Assembly (NCBI GenBank): GCA_022813865.1
Contig: JALDZX010000104.1
Location: forward strand, 1 to 38,815
Origin: Xylographa opegraphella
Taxonomy: Eukaryota
Reading direction: 5' to 3'
DNA: 38,815 bases
The position numbers were made by a program, and so were the translations under genes. The first letter of the stretch is position 1. The number at the start of each line of letters is the position of its first letter. This document shows positions 1 through 13,600 of this stretch, in pieces. The notes under the pieces were generated by a model. It saw only the letters and a list, made by a program, of their open reading frames with translations. It searched no databases and had not been told where the DNA came from.

Positions 1-97
1 AAAAATAAAAAATAAAAAATAAAAAATAAAAAATAAAAAATAAAAAATAAAAAATAAAAAATAAGAAATAAGAAATAAGAAATAAAAAAATAAAAAT
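1..97. repeat. Hexamer tandem repeat (AAAAAT)n with AAGAAT variants, running off the window edge
   Basis: Directly visible: aaaaat x ~10, then aagaat x 3-4. Confidence 0.9.
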
Positions 98-179
98 GGG
101 GGTTTTTCCAGCGATAAAGTAATGATTTATACAATAAATATAAATATAAAAAAATTAATCAAAAAATTAAGTTAAATTA

Positions 180-1600
180 AAAAACTTGTCGCGCTCGCGT
201 AAATATTATGCTAAAAATTCTTCCTATGAATATATTAAATTGGAATTATATTAAATAATAAGAATTAAAAAATCATCGTAAAAAATAATTAAAAAATAAT
301 AAAAATGTTTATTCGAGTTTAAAATTTTTTAAAATAATTTGGCCTAAAAAATATTTTAAAGTATTTAATAAATTTTCTTACAAATTATTATAAAAATAAC
401 TGGCGAAGCGATAATTAATCGTATATTCAACTACGAACTGTTAAAATCGTATTAAAAAATATAAAAATATTATAATGCTATAATTATTATAAATATAACC
501 ATATGAGAAAAAACTGCAAAAACCCTCTATTTTGCTTAAAATACAGAGGTAATTATAAAGCAGAAAAATACGAACAATACAGAAATATAAATACTATGCA
601 ATATACGCGAAAAAGGTTTATAAATTGTAAATAAACGCGTGTTTAATATAGAAAAAAATAATCAATATTATTTTCAAAAATAAATTAGAAAATTTACGAA
701 ACATCATATAAACGTATAACGCGAGTCGACTTAACAATATTTAATAGCCAGAATATGATATTTATTAAAATAATCGAGAATATCAATTTTATAAGTTAAT
801 AACAATAAGTAACGTTAAACAAGCGCAGAAAACTCGATTTCAAAATTACGATAAAATTATTCGAAGTAAAGCGTAATTTATTTTATTTAACGCAAAAAAA
901 ACCCGGGCGATTCGTATTTTTAACGGCGGTGATGAAAATAATTAACAATTTAAATAGTCAAATATAATTTAATTTATAAATTTTTAATAAATATATATCA
1001 TGTTAAGTAAGCGCTTAATTACAGAATCTGTAATCGTATTAGCAAAAAGAATTCTTGCTTAAAATTCAAGGTTTTATAAATCGATCAAAAAGCATACTTT
1101 TTACGTATTTAATATATTCAGTACGTTTAACACGTTTATTAAAAATTCTTGTTTTTAACTTTTTAATAAATATTATTTATATTTAAACTACGGTCAAAAT
1201 ACGTTTTCGATTAATTTTGAATATATAGCTAAAAATAACTAAAAATAACAAAAAACAAAATAAATTATAAAGTTTTAAATTAACGAGTATTATTCGTAAA
1301 TATTGGCTAACGTTGTAATTTTATCAATTTCTAAAGTAATTTAATATTTTCAAGGAATTTGAATTTTTTATATAAAATTAATCTAGTTAAGTGTTTATAT
1401 TATTTATATAAATCTAGTAAAAAATTATTTAACGAGATTTAAAAAGAATTCGAATTTTTTTTGCTTAATTGATTTATATTTGTTTTTAGTAATTTTGAAA
1501 TATATCTTGTAAGCGAATTAACCGTTTTAAAACAAACTTCTTTATTTTTTTTAATTAAATTAAAAAAATTGTCAAACGTACTGAACGTATTAAATACGCA
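180..1600 (+). mobile_element. Ty3/Gypsy pol relic (RNase H-integrase), probably family Y (copy Y1)
   Basis: ~390-720 resembles the reverse complement of ~4150-4520, which carries RNase H motifs (e.g. atacagaggtaattataaagcagaaaaatacga vs rc attacaaaggaatattacaagcagagcaaaaactacga). An integrase-like DGQTERxN...WxxLL remnant lies near 1240-1330. Boundaries are uncertain. Confidence 0.5.
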
Positions 1601-1710
1601 AAAAGTATACAAAAAATATATAAAAATAAAAACTTTGTGCTATTTTTGCAAATTTGTTTTTTACGCAAAAAATATACTTTTTGATCGAATTTTCGTTTTT
1701 CCTTTTTGTT

Positions 1711-1875
1711 AATACGTGTAATAATGTGAAAAACTGATTGCTAACTATGAAGGGAAAAGCTTTATTATATAATATTTCGTTAAGATATGTAAATAAACAA
1801 AGAAATATAAATTAAATTAAGGCTTAAAATTCAGAACTCGTAATAAAAAAATTAATTAAGAAAGATTTAGCGTTT
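1711..1875 (-). mobile_element. Family A LTR retrotransposon copy A1: truncated LTR (~1711-1845) plus adjacent internal bases; element resumes at 17352
   Basis: 1726-1845 matches 10735-10865 and 17164-17293 (…gaaaagctttattatataat…attaaggcttaaaattcagaactcgtaata). Its flank gatttagcgttt|…|acgctaaacaa rejoins to match the uninterrupted copy ccagcgcttacgttaaacaag at ~10888-10909. Confidence 0.7.
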
Positions 1876-2261
1876 TGTTAGGATTTTGAATTTCATTAAT
1901 ACAGTTCAATTTAAAATCTGGGTTTATTCGTTCATAAATAAGTAAAAAGGCATAGTAACAAGTTTATCGTTTTTTAAAATATATTTCGTACAAAATTATA
2001 TCGAAGGTTTTTATTTTATAAAATAGATTATAATATAAATTAATTACGTTTTTTATAATGTAAGGAATTTTTCGATATATACAAAAATTTTGTTTTTCTG
2101 TATTTTAGTACTTTTTCCAGAAATACTCGATAGTAGCGTTTTATTATTTCTTTAATAATATTTAATAATGACTCTTAATGCCCTTCTTAATAATATTTAA
2201 TAATACAAAGATTAATAAATTCGTTCGCGCGATTTGTTTTATAACAATAAAAACTTTAATA
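1876..2261 (-). repeat. Z element 3' LTR (intact length)
   Basis: TG…(C/T)A termini, adjacent PPT, homologous to the split LTR at 8359-17346. Confidence 0.75.
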
Positions 2262-3306
2262 CTAACTCCCCTTCCAGAATTCTTGCTTCGTAAAAATTAT
2301 TTTTTAATATATTAAAACGCTTCAATTACATTCGTCGCAAAGAGGAATCAGTAAATATTCGCATTTTAGAAAAATCTATAATATATTTTAATAATAAATA
2401 TAATAAAAAAGAAAACCTTTATTACGTTTTCGTTAAATTTAAAAATTATACGTTTTATATTAAAATTTTCATTTTATTTATTAATAATTACGACAGTCGA
2501 CTGGCGTTCTATAAAAAAATATAAATTAAAATCTCATCTACGTATATTTAAGTTAAAGATCGCAAAAATCCGTAGGGAATTATATTTTTTCCGATGAAAA
2601 AACGCAGGCTTTTTCGTCAAAAATCTTTTCATGTTTAAATTTTTTAAAAAATTAAAAGTCGAGCGCAAAAGGCGTTATTAACAATTTTTCACAATTTTTT
2701 TCTCTTCTTTTAATAATCATTTCCCAAAATCGTTTTTAATAATTTTTTCAATTGATAAATATTTTCTAAATATTTTTCGAGTTTAAATAATTCTTTTACT
2801 TGATTAAATATTATTGATTTTTTTGTTTGAAATTCTTTTAACTTCAAATTTCTATTCTTTTTATAATAAAAAATATTTGTAAAAAAGTACTAAAACTTAC
2901 TAATTTTAATAAAAAAACATAAAATATTGAGTATATTTTACTTTTACGTTTTTTGGCAGATCGAGGAGGTAATTAATTAATTTTTTTACTTGCTTAATTC
3001 AGAATAATTCGATTTCAATATAATCGAGATTTTTGCTTCGATCTTCATTGATTATTAAATCTTTTATAAAGAAAATACTTTATCCCTTTTTTTAGCTAAA
3101 ATCCATTTATAAAATTTTTATTTTTATTTTTGTTTTAAAAAATTATGTGAAAATTTTTCTAGATCTCTTATTGATATTAAAGCTTTTTGCGTATTATATT
3201 TTTCAATTTGTTTTTTTTAAATATATTTCAATATCGTTTAGTATTTATAAAGAAAAGTATTAATTTTATCTTCGTAAATTATTTGTTATTTAACGCTAAT
3301 TATTTT

Positions 3307-3330
3307 AATAATAATAATAATAATAATAAT

Positions 3331-3396
<66 letters not shown>

Positions 3397-3404
3397 NNNN
3401 NNNN

Positions 3405-3468
<64 letters not shown>
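3307..3468. repeat. (AAT)n microsatellite containing an assembly gap (N at 3397-3404)
   Basis: Directly visible; true length unknown because of the gap. Confidence 0.97.
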
Positions 3469-3469
3469 T

Positions 3470-5645
3470 TATTTAAAATTAAGATAATATTTTAAATGTA
3501 CTTTTATATATTAATTTATAAATAATAAATTATCAATATTTTCAATTAAACTTTTAATTTGAATACTAAAATCCTTTAAAAATTCAAGTTAAATATTTTG
3601 TTCTTATTTAACGTTATTTTTGTTAGAAATTTCTAATTCCGCACTAGCTCATTTAATATTAAAAATATTAATTATTTTGTTATATAATTTTTTTAAACGA
3701 AATAATAATAAAATACTTAGCAAATTTATTTACTATTGATATAATCGAATTATATTGTTAATCTGTAACAGAATCTTTAAATTTTGGTAATTTAATATTA
3801 AAATTCATTAAAATTTATTTCTAAACTATTTTTAGTACTTTTATAACTAATTATTTTTATATATTGCTTACCTGATTGATTCATTTTTTTGATACGATAT
3901 ATATTTCTTGATATTTATTCATATATAAAATATTATATCTAGGATATTACAGTTTTCTTTATAAATTTTATCATTTTACAGATTTTTAAATATTTATTCG
4001 TTAATTTATGCCGATAAGATTTGACTAATTCTTCTGTCAACAATTTTTCAATTTTTTTAACAGTTTTTATTTTAAAGATTATTATTTATTTTGCTAAAAT
4101 TAAAACTTTATTGCTATTTTTTCGTAGTAATACTTTATTTATAATTTTTTTTAATTTAACATATTTACTTTCCGTTTTTATTTAATATGTATATAATTTT
4201 GAATTTATATTGTTTCGAAAGTTCTGCCTATTTTATATATTTTCGATTAAGTACTTTTATCGTAGTAGAACCTAATAAAATTTTATAATTAATATAAATA
4301 GTAAGTTTTAAACAACTTTTTACGCATATTGTTCAATTCTGAATTATAATTATTATAATAAGTAATTCTTTATTATAAATATCGTAGTTTTTGCTCTGCT
4401 TGTAATATTCCTTTGTAATAATATACGATAGAATACTATTTTTTGTTTTTTTATTTATAATAAATATATTTTAATAACTAAATTCAACTGGTTAATTATT
4501 ATTTTCGCAGGTTTTTTTATTTAAAATATTATTAAAATTAATGATTGTGTACAATCTTTTTTAAAATAAAAAAATTCGTTGTAAATTCGAATTTCTAATA
4601 AAATTAAATTTTTTATATATTAAATTCGTTAGAAATATCGGCTTCTTATATTTTTTAACTTTAATTTTAATTTTGTTCAAAATTTTTACGAAATAATTCT
4701 ATTTTAAGCGTTTGATCGATTTATAAAAGAAATTATAAAAATACGATCGAAAATTTTAAAAATTTAACGAATCGCTACTACGTTTATTAATTATTCGCTC
4801 GAAAATAAAGGCTTCTTTAGCGAAGTACTTTCAATTTAACAAATTTTTAATAATTTAATTTCAATAATTTTGAAATACTTCGCTAAAATACGTGCTAAAC
4901 TCGGAAAGTTTCGGTTTTAATTTAAATCAAATAAGGGTTTATTTTCGATTTTAATAAATATAAATTTAATTAATATATAAATTTTACTATAAAAAACGAT
5001 GACGAAAACGCTAGCTTAGCGTTTTTCGTTAATTTAAAATAAAACATTTATATATATTAAAGTATTAGCGAACAAAACAATCTAATTAATTTTTCTGTTT
5101 ATGTTTTAAAAAATTAATAAATAACGTAGAAAAATAGATCGCTATTGAGACTAATAAAAAATACGAAGAAATTAAAATAATTAATTAATTTTCGGTTTTG
5201 GTACCTAAAAATCTGGTAGATAATATAAATAAAACGAAAATAATTAAATAAAATAAATCAGGATTTAAAGTAGCTAATTTTAAAAGAAGAAAAATAAGCC
5301 AGAATTTATACAACCAATTAAAATAGTAAAATAAAAAACTAAAATAATATTCGAACTGTTCGTTCGAATTAATAAATAAATCTTGTAAAATAACATGTTA
5401 ACTATTTACCAATAAAACAAATAGTATTATTATATATTATAAATACTGCTAAAAGTTAAATAATTATATAAATCGTAAAAAACAATGATTTACAGAGTTA
5501 AAAGCTTTGTTTATATATCTATAGAGTTTTTTTTGAACAGAAAGCCTTTATTAATTATATATGGCAGGAACTTTGATAAGCAATCAAGGCAACTGCAGTT
5601 GCAGCAGAAATTTGTAGTCAGGATTTACGGCCTGTAGCTGCAATA
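3470..5645 (-). mobile_element. Family Y Ty3/Gypsy relic (copy Y2): 5' LTR 5435-5645, gag remnant, RT connection/RNase H, integrase N-part
   Basis: Minus-strand de-RIPed motifs: KLPKxKDxVT..YDSI..IVDKFAKY (~3715-3800, integrase); TIYTDHKNL..xTTxKVLNR (~4240-4310) and WHPIAYY…AEQNYDIHDKELL (~4360-4440, RNase H). ~4700-5645 is an inverted copy of ~18158-19105. Confidence 0.75.
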
Positions 5646-7238
5646 TTACCGTTCGATTTAAATATATTTTTAGTAGATTATTAACTAAAGTTTAATACAT
5701 AATTAACATATTAATTGAAGTAAAAAAGATATAATCTAATACTCGTAGTATATATATTTACTTCGAAATGCAATTTTTTATTTTTTTCGACTTTTATTTT
5801 AATTAAATTATATACAATTTTAAAATCAAATTTAATAAAAATTTTTACTTTATTCAATCCGTTTCGTATTTTACTAACTTTTAAAAATAAATATCGATTT
5901 TTAATAATAATATTGTTCAGTTTTCGATAATTATTATAAAGTTTTCAATTTTAAATATGAATAATATTAAATAATTCATTAAAGATTCAAATTTTTTATA
6001 ATTTTTGATAATATATTTTACTTGCGAAACTCCTTAAGTTTCTTAATATATTATATATAAATTTTAATATTGGGTTTTTTTCCTGATTCGAGGTTAATTT
6101 CGTAGTTTTATAATTAATATTTAAACAAATCGTTGAGTTTTTCCTTTTTTTGAAAAAATTATATCAATTTTTTATATCTTTTAGGGATATTAAAAAATAC
6201 GTTATTTTTTGAATTTTGAATTTATTTATTTTATAACCCTTGTCGATACGTATTGAATCCAGTTTTTAATTCAAATCGTTTTTATTTAATATTAAAATTC
6301 TTATAATCTCGATCGATTTTCGATTTTTCATTTACTATTCGTTTTTATTAATACATAAAATATATATCGATAACGCGATCAATACATTTTTTTGTAAATA
6401 CTTCTTTATTTTGATTTAAGGATATATTGTATTTTTTTTACTAAAATAAACTTAATATAATATAATATTTGGTTATAATAATTATGTTAAAGATTATTCT
6501 TTTATAATATTAATAAATAATAATAAAAAATGGCTTTATATATCGTTTTCTTTAATAATTCGTCGGCTATTGTTATTTAAATTTATTCGAATTTAAAATA
6601 TTCAAAATTATAGTTTTTCGCGAAAATATTAAATATATAATTCGATTTCGCCCTAGTTTTTAATAATACGATTGTTTGATGATTATTTATTTTAATTGAG
6701 ATTTTTGTAAAATTTACGTAATCTGATTCCTTTTAAAGCGTTTTAAAATATATTATATTAATTTTTATATTTTTTTTCGTAATATATAGAAGAATTTGAT
6801 TAAAATATTCGTTAATTTTTGTAATTCCTGTATATTTAATATATATATTATAAAAACAATAATATTATATTTATTGATTGTATATTATTTCATTTAGTAT
6901 TATTTTATAAACGATTAAAATATTACAAAGCTTGTTTTTATATTTCGAAAATTACAATCTTTTCGTTTGTATTATAAATATCAAAAATATTTATTAAATT
7001 TATAATTATTTAAACAATTTTTATTAAAATAAACGTAAATTAATATGATTTTATAATATAAATATTTAAAATTAAATTTATAATCGAATTTTTTTCTAAA
7101 ACTTCAACAATATTTTTTTTAAATAATATTAATTCGATATTTTCGTCGATTTTCTTATGAATTTGAAATTCGAGACTATTTAATTCGACGTTTTTATTAT
7201 TAAAGTTTTTCTTAATTTATAAGTTATTAACGTTTAAA

Positions 7239-7290
7239 TCGTTATTCTCGTTATTCTCGTTATTCTCGTTATTCTCGTTATTCTCGTTAT
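7239..7290. repeat. Perfect 9-bp tandem repeat (TCGTTATTC) x5.8
   Basis: Directly visible. Confidence 0.95.
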
Positions 7291-8550
7291 CATTAATTTT
7301 ATTTGGGGATTATTCTTTTATAATAATTTTTTTATATAATCGTTAATTTAATAGTTTCAATTTATTTATAACTTTTTTAATTATATTATAAAATTAAAGT
7401 AAATTTCATATTTTTTGTTATAAATGTCTGACTATCATTTTTATACATTTCGACTTTATTAGAATTTTTTATATATATTTATTCATAATTTAAATATTTT
7501 ATTTTTTGATCGATAATTTTTCGCTATAGAATCGATTTTTTCTATACGTAATAAATAATACCCGTTTTTTATTTCGAAAGTATTATTTTTTAATTTATTT
7601 TTTAATTATTAGAATATATTAATTTTTATAAGTATTAAATCGTACAAATTAAAATTTTACATAATCTTTTTAAATTTAAAAAAAACCTTTTTAATAATTT
7701 AATTTATTCAAATTTCGTGTTTCGTATTTTCGCTCTAAAGTTCGTTCGTATAGTTTATTATGAATATCAATATATATTTCCATTATTTGAGTTATAGTTT
7801 CGATTGCTATATTAATTTTTATTAATTTTTTTATTTAAATTTTGAATTTTCTCGACATATTAAAATTAAAGCGTTATTACTCTATTCGATTTAAATTACG
7901 AATTGTTAAAAACGAGTCGAGTAATTTATTTATAATTTTTTTATTTAAAATATTATATAATTTCTATAGTTCAATTTTTTGTCAAATAATTTAAAAAAAT
8001 TTTAATTTTAATTTTGAATATTACAAAACTTTTGAATTATTAATATATATTTTTATTGTTGATTTATTAAAGATATTTTTTCTAAAATAAAACGCTATTT
8101 ATTTTTATAATTGCTCTCGTATATAAATAACAGCGGAAAAAGTTGCATTCAATCTAAAAACATTATTTTTTTAGAAATTAAAAAACATATTAAGAAATAC
8201 AAATCATTTTTCCAGATTATTTTTATTATTTTTTATATTTATTGAATTTTTTATTTTTATTACGATTAATTTTTTCAAAATAATTTGTGTTACCTTTTAC
8301 AACGCTTAAGATTAAATTAAATCGTTTTTTCAATATATTTTTTTAAAGGTGTTTAAAGTATTACGATTCTGAATTTTATTAATATAATCAGATTTTCAAT
8401 TTGAAGTTATTCGTTAACAAATAGATAAAAAAATTAATAATAAATTTATTATTTTTGAAAAAAAATAATAGTTTTCGTATAATATAATATTAAAAGTTTT
8501 TATTTTATAAATTAAATTATAATATAAATTGAATACGTTTTTTAGAATAT

Positions 8551-10542
8551 ATATTTTTATTTCATATAAAAATTATCCCTAGCGTAACAGTAAACCTTTA
8601 TATAATATTAAAAATTATTATTTATTTTAATAAAGAAATTAAATACTGGCCGAGAAATACGCAAGGCGCGAGTAAAAATATTATTTTAATCATACAAAAT
8701 AGCGACGAAACGTAATAAAACGCAAAGTTTTTTACTTTTTATAATACGAATACGATTATTTTAGCTGAAAATTTTAAATATATATTATTTATTTATTTAT
8801 TTATTAATTTTACATCGATGTAATCTTTTATGAACTTTATGCGAGAGAAATTTATTTATAAATATATAAATTAAGTAACCCTTTAAATAAAAAATTCAAT
8901 TTTTTATTACGTTTTTTATACGTTCGGCCTTCGCATAGTTTATAATATTTCAAAATGATTCTTTACTATTTTTTTATTTATTAATTTTAATCACGCGCGT
9001 TGCGTAATTTATCATTTATAATATTAAAAATCTTGACATTGATATTTCGAATTTCGTACGTTAATTGAATATCAATTTATTTTTATTATTTTAGGTTTGC
9101 GCTACCTTTACGTTTCGTTATTTATTTATTTTTATTACTTTTGTATACTTTCGTATTGACGTATATTCAACGCTTAGTTTTTATATTTTATATCTATTTT
9201 ATATTATAATCAAACATCGTAGTATTAAAAACTCGTATTAAAAAATAGCTTTTAAAAATATATTCGCGCGAAACCGCGGTAAAATACTTATTTTTAAAAA
9301 TAGTTTACGCTTCGACGTTTTAAATTCGTGTTTTAAACGATTTTCTTAATATTTTATTATTGTTATTTAAAATCAATAGTACGTTTCGAGCGCGTATTCG
9401 TGTTAAACTATTGAAAAAATTATAATTATATTTACTGCCTTGCGAGTTATGAACGATATTACGTTATATATATTTGCTTTTAACGTTCATCAAACGCAAG
9501 TTAATCGCTTCAATCCCGTCAAAATTTATATAAATCGCCATAAAGTTCGAAGCCTATATTTAGAATTTGGTTTAAATCGCTGAAAAAAAAAGCTTAAAGT
9601 AAAATTTACGTTAAAACGCTTGGTCGTTAAATAAATATTTTCCGTGCGTTTACTGTGAGTTGACTGTGGGTAGTTATTTATATTTCGATGTTTTAGAAAT
9701 CGATTACCAGTAAAATATATATATTAAACGTCGTTTTTACGTATAAAAAGAAAAAAAGTATAAAAATACTTGAATTTAAAGCTTTACAAACGGTTTAATG
9801 TATAATTTTAACTTTACGCAATATAACCGATTGAAATTTCGCAGAATAATTGACCGTAAAAAATATTTATATTAATAATCGCTTAACGTATTTTAAAGAG
9901 AGCATAATTTTTATTTAAATATCGAGTTTTAAAATTTTTTAATATTAAATTTCAATTTTTTTAAACGCGTAACAGGGGTATATTGTGCGAAACGATCGAT
10001 TATAAAAACAAATATTAATTTAAAACGTACGAAATCAATTACTATAAAAATCGTTTAACGTAATCAAAGAAAAACGCGTTTTAATTTTAATATCGAGTTT
10101 TAAAGTCTTGTTTTAGAATAGCGTAAATCTTTTAAAAAAAAAGATTAAAATTAAATACATATTTAATAGCGTATTGATTGCCGCTCGAATATAATTTTAT
10201 GACGTATATTTTTTTTATAATTATAAATAAAATTTAAATAATCGTAAAAAATAATAAAAAATAATTACTAAAGTTTAAACCTTTTTTAATAAAAATATAA
10301 TAAACGTAAAATTAATGAATTATTAAAAATGATCGTTATAAAATAAGTAAAAAACCAGGGGGAAAAAGGGTGATTACAACATTTACGATATTTATCAATA
10401 ATATATAAATTAAATACATAAATAGCGTAAAAAGAATATATATTTTATACTTTTATTAAATATATTTTTCGCTTAGATATAGAAATATCAATAAATCAGT
10501 GCCGTATAAGCTCTTTCAAAATTTACATCGAAATAAAAATGT
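8551..10542 (-). mobile_element. Putative ~2.0-kb TIR DNA transposon relic (pogo/Fot1-like), inserted in the Z LTR
   Basis: It interrupts the Z LTR. The ends are imperfect inverted repeats (atatttttatttcatataaaaatt vs rc acatttttatttcgatgtaaattt). The size fits Fot1/Pot2-type elements. A weak LxxHxxH…DV-like remnant lies on the minus strand at ~8810-8850. A TA TSD is not cleanly visible. Confidence 0.4.
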
Positions 10543-10689
10543 TTAATTAATTAATCAATTCCCAAAAAGTTTTACGTGCTTTTTAATACTTTCTTCAAAA
10601 ACATTTCATAATTATTTTTAATGCCTTTTTAAATAATATTTAATAGCAGCTTTTAGTGCCCTTTTTAATTATTTTTAATAATACGAAAA

Positions 10690-13600
10690 TATTGAGGTGA
10701 GCGCATGACTACAATATCTGTAATTATGTAATGATGTAAAAAAACTAAATTGTAACTTTGAAAGGGAAAATTTTTTACTATATAATAACTCGTTAAAATG
10801 TGTGAATAAAGCAAAAAAAGGAAAGTACAAATTAAATTAAGATTTAGAATTTAAAACCTGTAATAAATTCTTTTAATTAACAAAAATCCAGCGCTTACGT
10901 TAAACAAGATTTTAATGCAAAGAAAAATACGCTTTGCTTGTATATACGAATATAAATTATTTTGATTATGTTCTTCGATCGACCTTTTTTTCCGCTAATA
11001 ATAACGCGTTAATATTATTATTTTTAATAATTTTAATAATTTTCGGCTAGGTGTATTAAATGTATATTTTTCGTAATTTTATTATAATCGTTAATAAACT
11101 CGCGCGTCTCGTCTAAATTTTTTTTTAGCTATTAATTATATTTTATCTCGTATTTCTTTTATTTAATTAAATATTCTATGATAGATTTTTCACCAAATAC
11201 TTTTTCCCGCTTATATAATAATTAATTTAATTTAAACAATTTATTTTCGTAATTATTATATATCGCTGCAGATTAATTAGAAATAGATTTATAATAAAAA
11301 TCGAATTTTAAATTTAATACAAAGTCAAGTTGTACGATCGTGGAAATGAAATAAATTTTTTAATTTATAAAAAACTCGAGTTAATATATTAATTATTTTA
11401 TTTTTTTTAAAACTTTTGAAAAATTTTGCGTACTAAAAAAAACTTTTTATTCAAAACGATATAAATATCGTATTTTTTATATAAATAAATTATCGCGTAG
11501 TTGTCGAATAGTAATAAAATCGCAATATATTTGTTATCGTAGTATTTCTTTGTCGATATATTCGTAAAAGCTATTATTTTCTTTATTTTATTTTATATCG
11601 CTAAAAGCTATACGCCGTTTTTTTATCGTCGAAATTTGTTAAAATCTTTATTTAATTTCATATATTAAATCGTTTATTTAATTTCATGTATTAAATCTTT
11701 TGTTTAATTTCATATATTAAATCTTTTATTTAAATATATTATTCTTTGCGTTAATTTCGTTAGCGAATTTCGTAGTAACCAAATTTATTAAATTATATAA
11801 TGTTGTTTGTAAAATTGGCAAAAAATTTAATTAATTTTCGAATATTTTTAATTTCGCGATTATATATCATAAAATAATTTCGACAGTTAAATTTATTTTT
11901 TAATAATTCGTCGATTTAGGGGTAATATACCATAAAATATATTATTTTTATTTTTAAAACTTAAAAAAAGCATTTTTTAAAGTTTCGATATAAATTTTAT
12001 ATTTTTATTTAAAAATATAACTTTCGAAATAAATGTTTTGACGATTTAAAAATAGACCAGAGATTTTCTAATTTAATTTTTTACCGTATAAATACTTTTT
12101 TAGTATTATATTAATTCTTTTATTAAATTTATCTATTAAATTAAGGCAGCAATCGTATTTCTGTTATAATTTTAGTAAGTTGAGAATCAGATTTATCATT
12201 ACGCAGAAATAAAAGACGTCGAACGTTAAAATTGATTAAAAACTTTTTTAAAATTTTTATCGTTTAATTTAATCCTTAAGGTATAGTTAATAATATTAAT
12301 ATATATTTTAAAATAGTCTTTTAATTAATAAATATAGAAAAAATTCCATAACTCTCTCGTCGATATAATAATATTCAAAATAATCGTATAAATCGTATGC
12401 TATATAAAATATATTTTTTATTAAATTATACGATATATACAGTTTTCTTCGACTATTTTTAAAACTTATTAAATATAAATATTCGTTATTTTTTGTATAA
12501 AAAATACCGCGTATATATTTAAAATATTATTTTTACGAGTTTTTTTAAGGATTTTACGCCAACGAAAATCGCCTTTATATTTAACAATAAACTTAATTTT
12601 AGAATTAAACGATATTCTATTATAATCGCTTAATACTTAGATCAATAATTAAATTCGCTATAAAAAGTATCGTAGTTACTACGCGCATCGTCGCTGTTTA
12701 GTTTAAAAATAATATTTAATACGATATAAAATCGATTAGGTTTATATTTAACGATAAATATAAATCTTTGGAAAAATTTAAAAATTTTAATAAATTATAA
12801 ATTAAAAATTTTAATATTCATAATCGACAGGCTAATTCAAATCGCAATAATAATAATTGTAAAATAATCGATATATATTATCGCGGTTAATTTTTCCACG
12901 GTTTTTATTATATATTAAGTTTTTTTGATAGTTTAAATTAAATATATTTTCTTTATTTCAATAAGTCAGTACTTTCTTTTTGCATTAATTAAAATTTTAA
13001 AAATATAATAAATTAAAAATGTCGCAGTATTGTAATATAAAAAATAATTTTATAATTTTAGCGTCGGTTATTCTGAAAATATTGATATTAAATAAAATAT
13101 TAAACGTATTTCGATATTTGTTGATATTTTTATTATAATAAATATAAATTCTCATTCTGCATTTTTATAACGTATCGATATTATAAAATAAACATCAAAA
13201 TAAATTAAAATACGTTAAAATAAATAAATTACTGAAAACGTTTTTGAAATTTTGGAAATTTTTTAGTTTAGCTTAAGTCAAGTTTTTTACCAATAAATTT
13301 ACCGCCGTTTTTTTATATCGTATATTAATAGTATTATACTTTGCGAGATTTTGAATGAGTAATTTTTTACGTTTTTTTAATAATAACGCTAAATAGATAT
13401 ATTGCGCGACGTAGTTGCGAAAATATTTTATTATTTTTAAATATATTGTATTATTACAAGATATCGTAGAAAAATTAAAAAAAATTTATATTTATATCTA
13501 TATTTACGAAATCGAAAATATTAATTTTTTAGCCCAATAAATTAACGTTTAAATAATTTAGGAAAGATTTGCTTGGGGTTAAATATATATTATATAAACT

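Noticed and set aside
1..97. Possible degenerate telomere repeat
   Set aside because: TTAGGG mutated by G>A would give TTAAAA, but the unit here has a single T (TAAAAA/TAAGAA). No CCCTAA/TTAGGG units are present.
3187..3495. 102-aa poly-Asn ORF
   Set aside because: Translation of the (AAT)n microsatellite across an N gap, with a non-ATG start.
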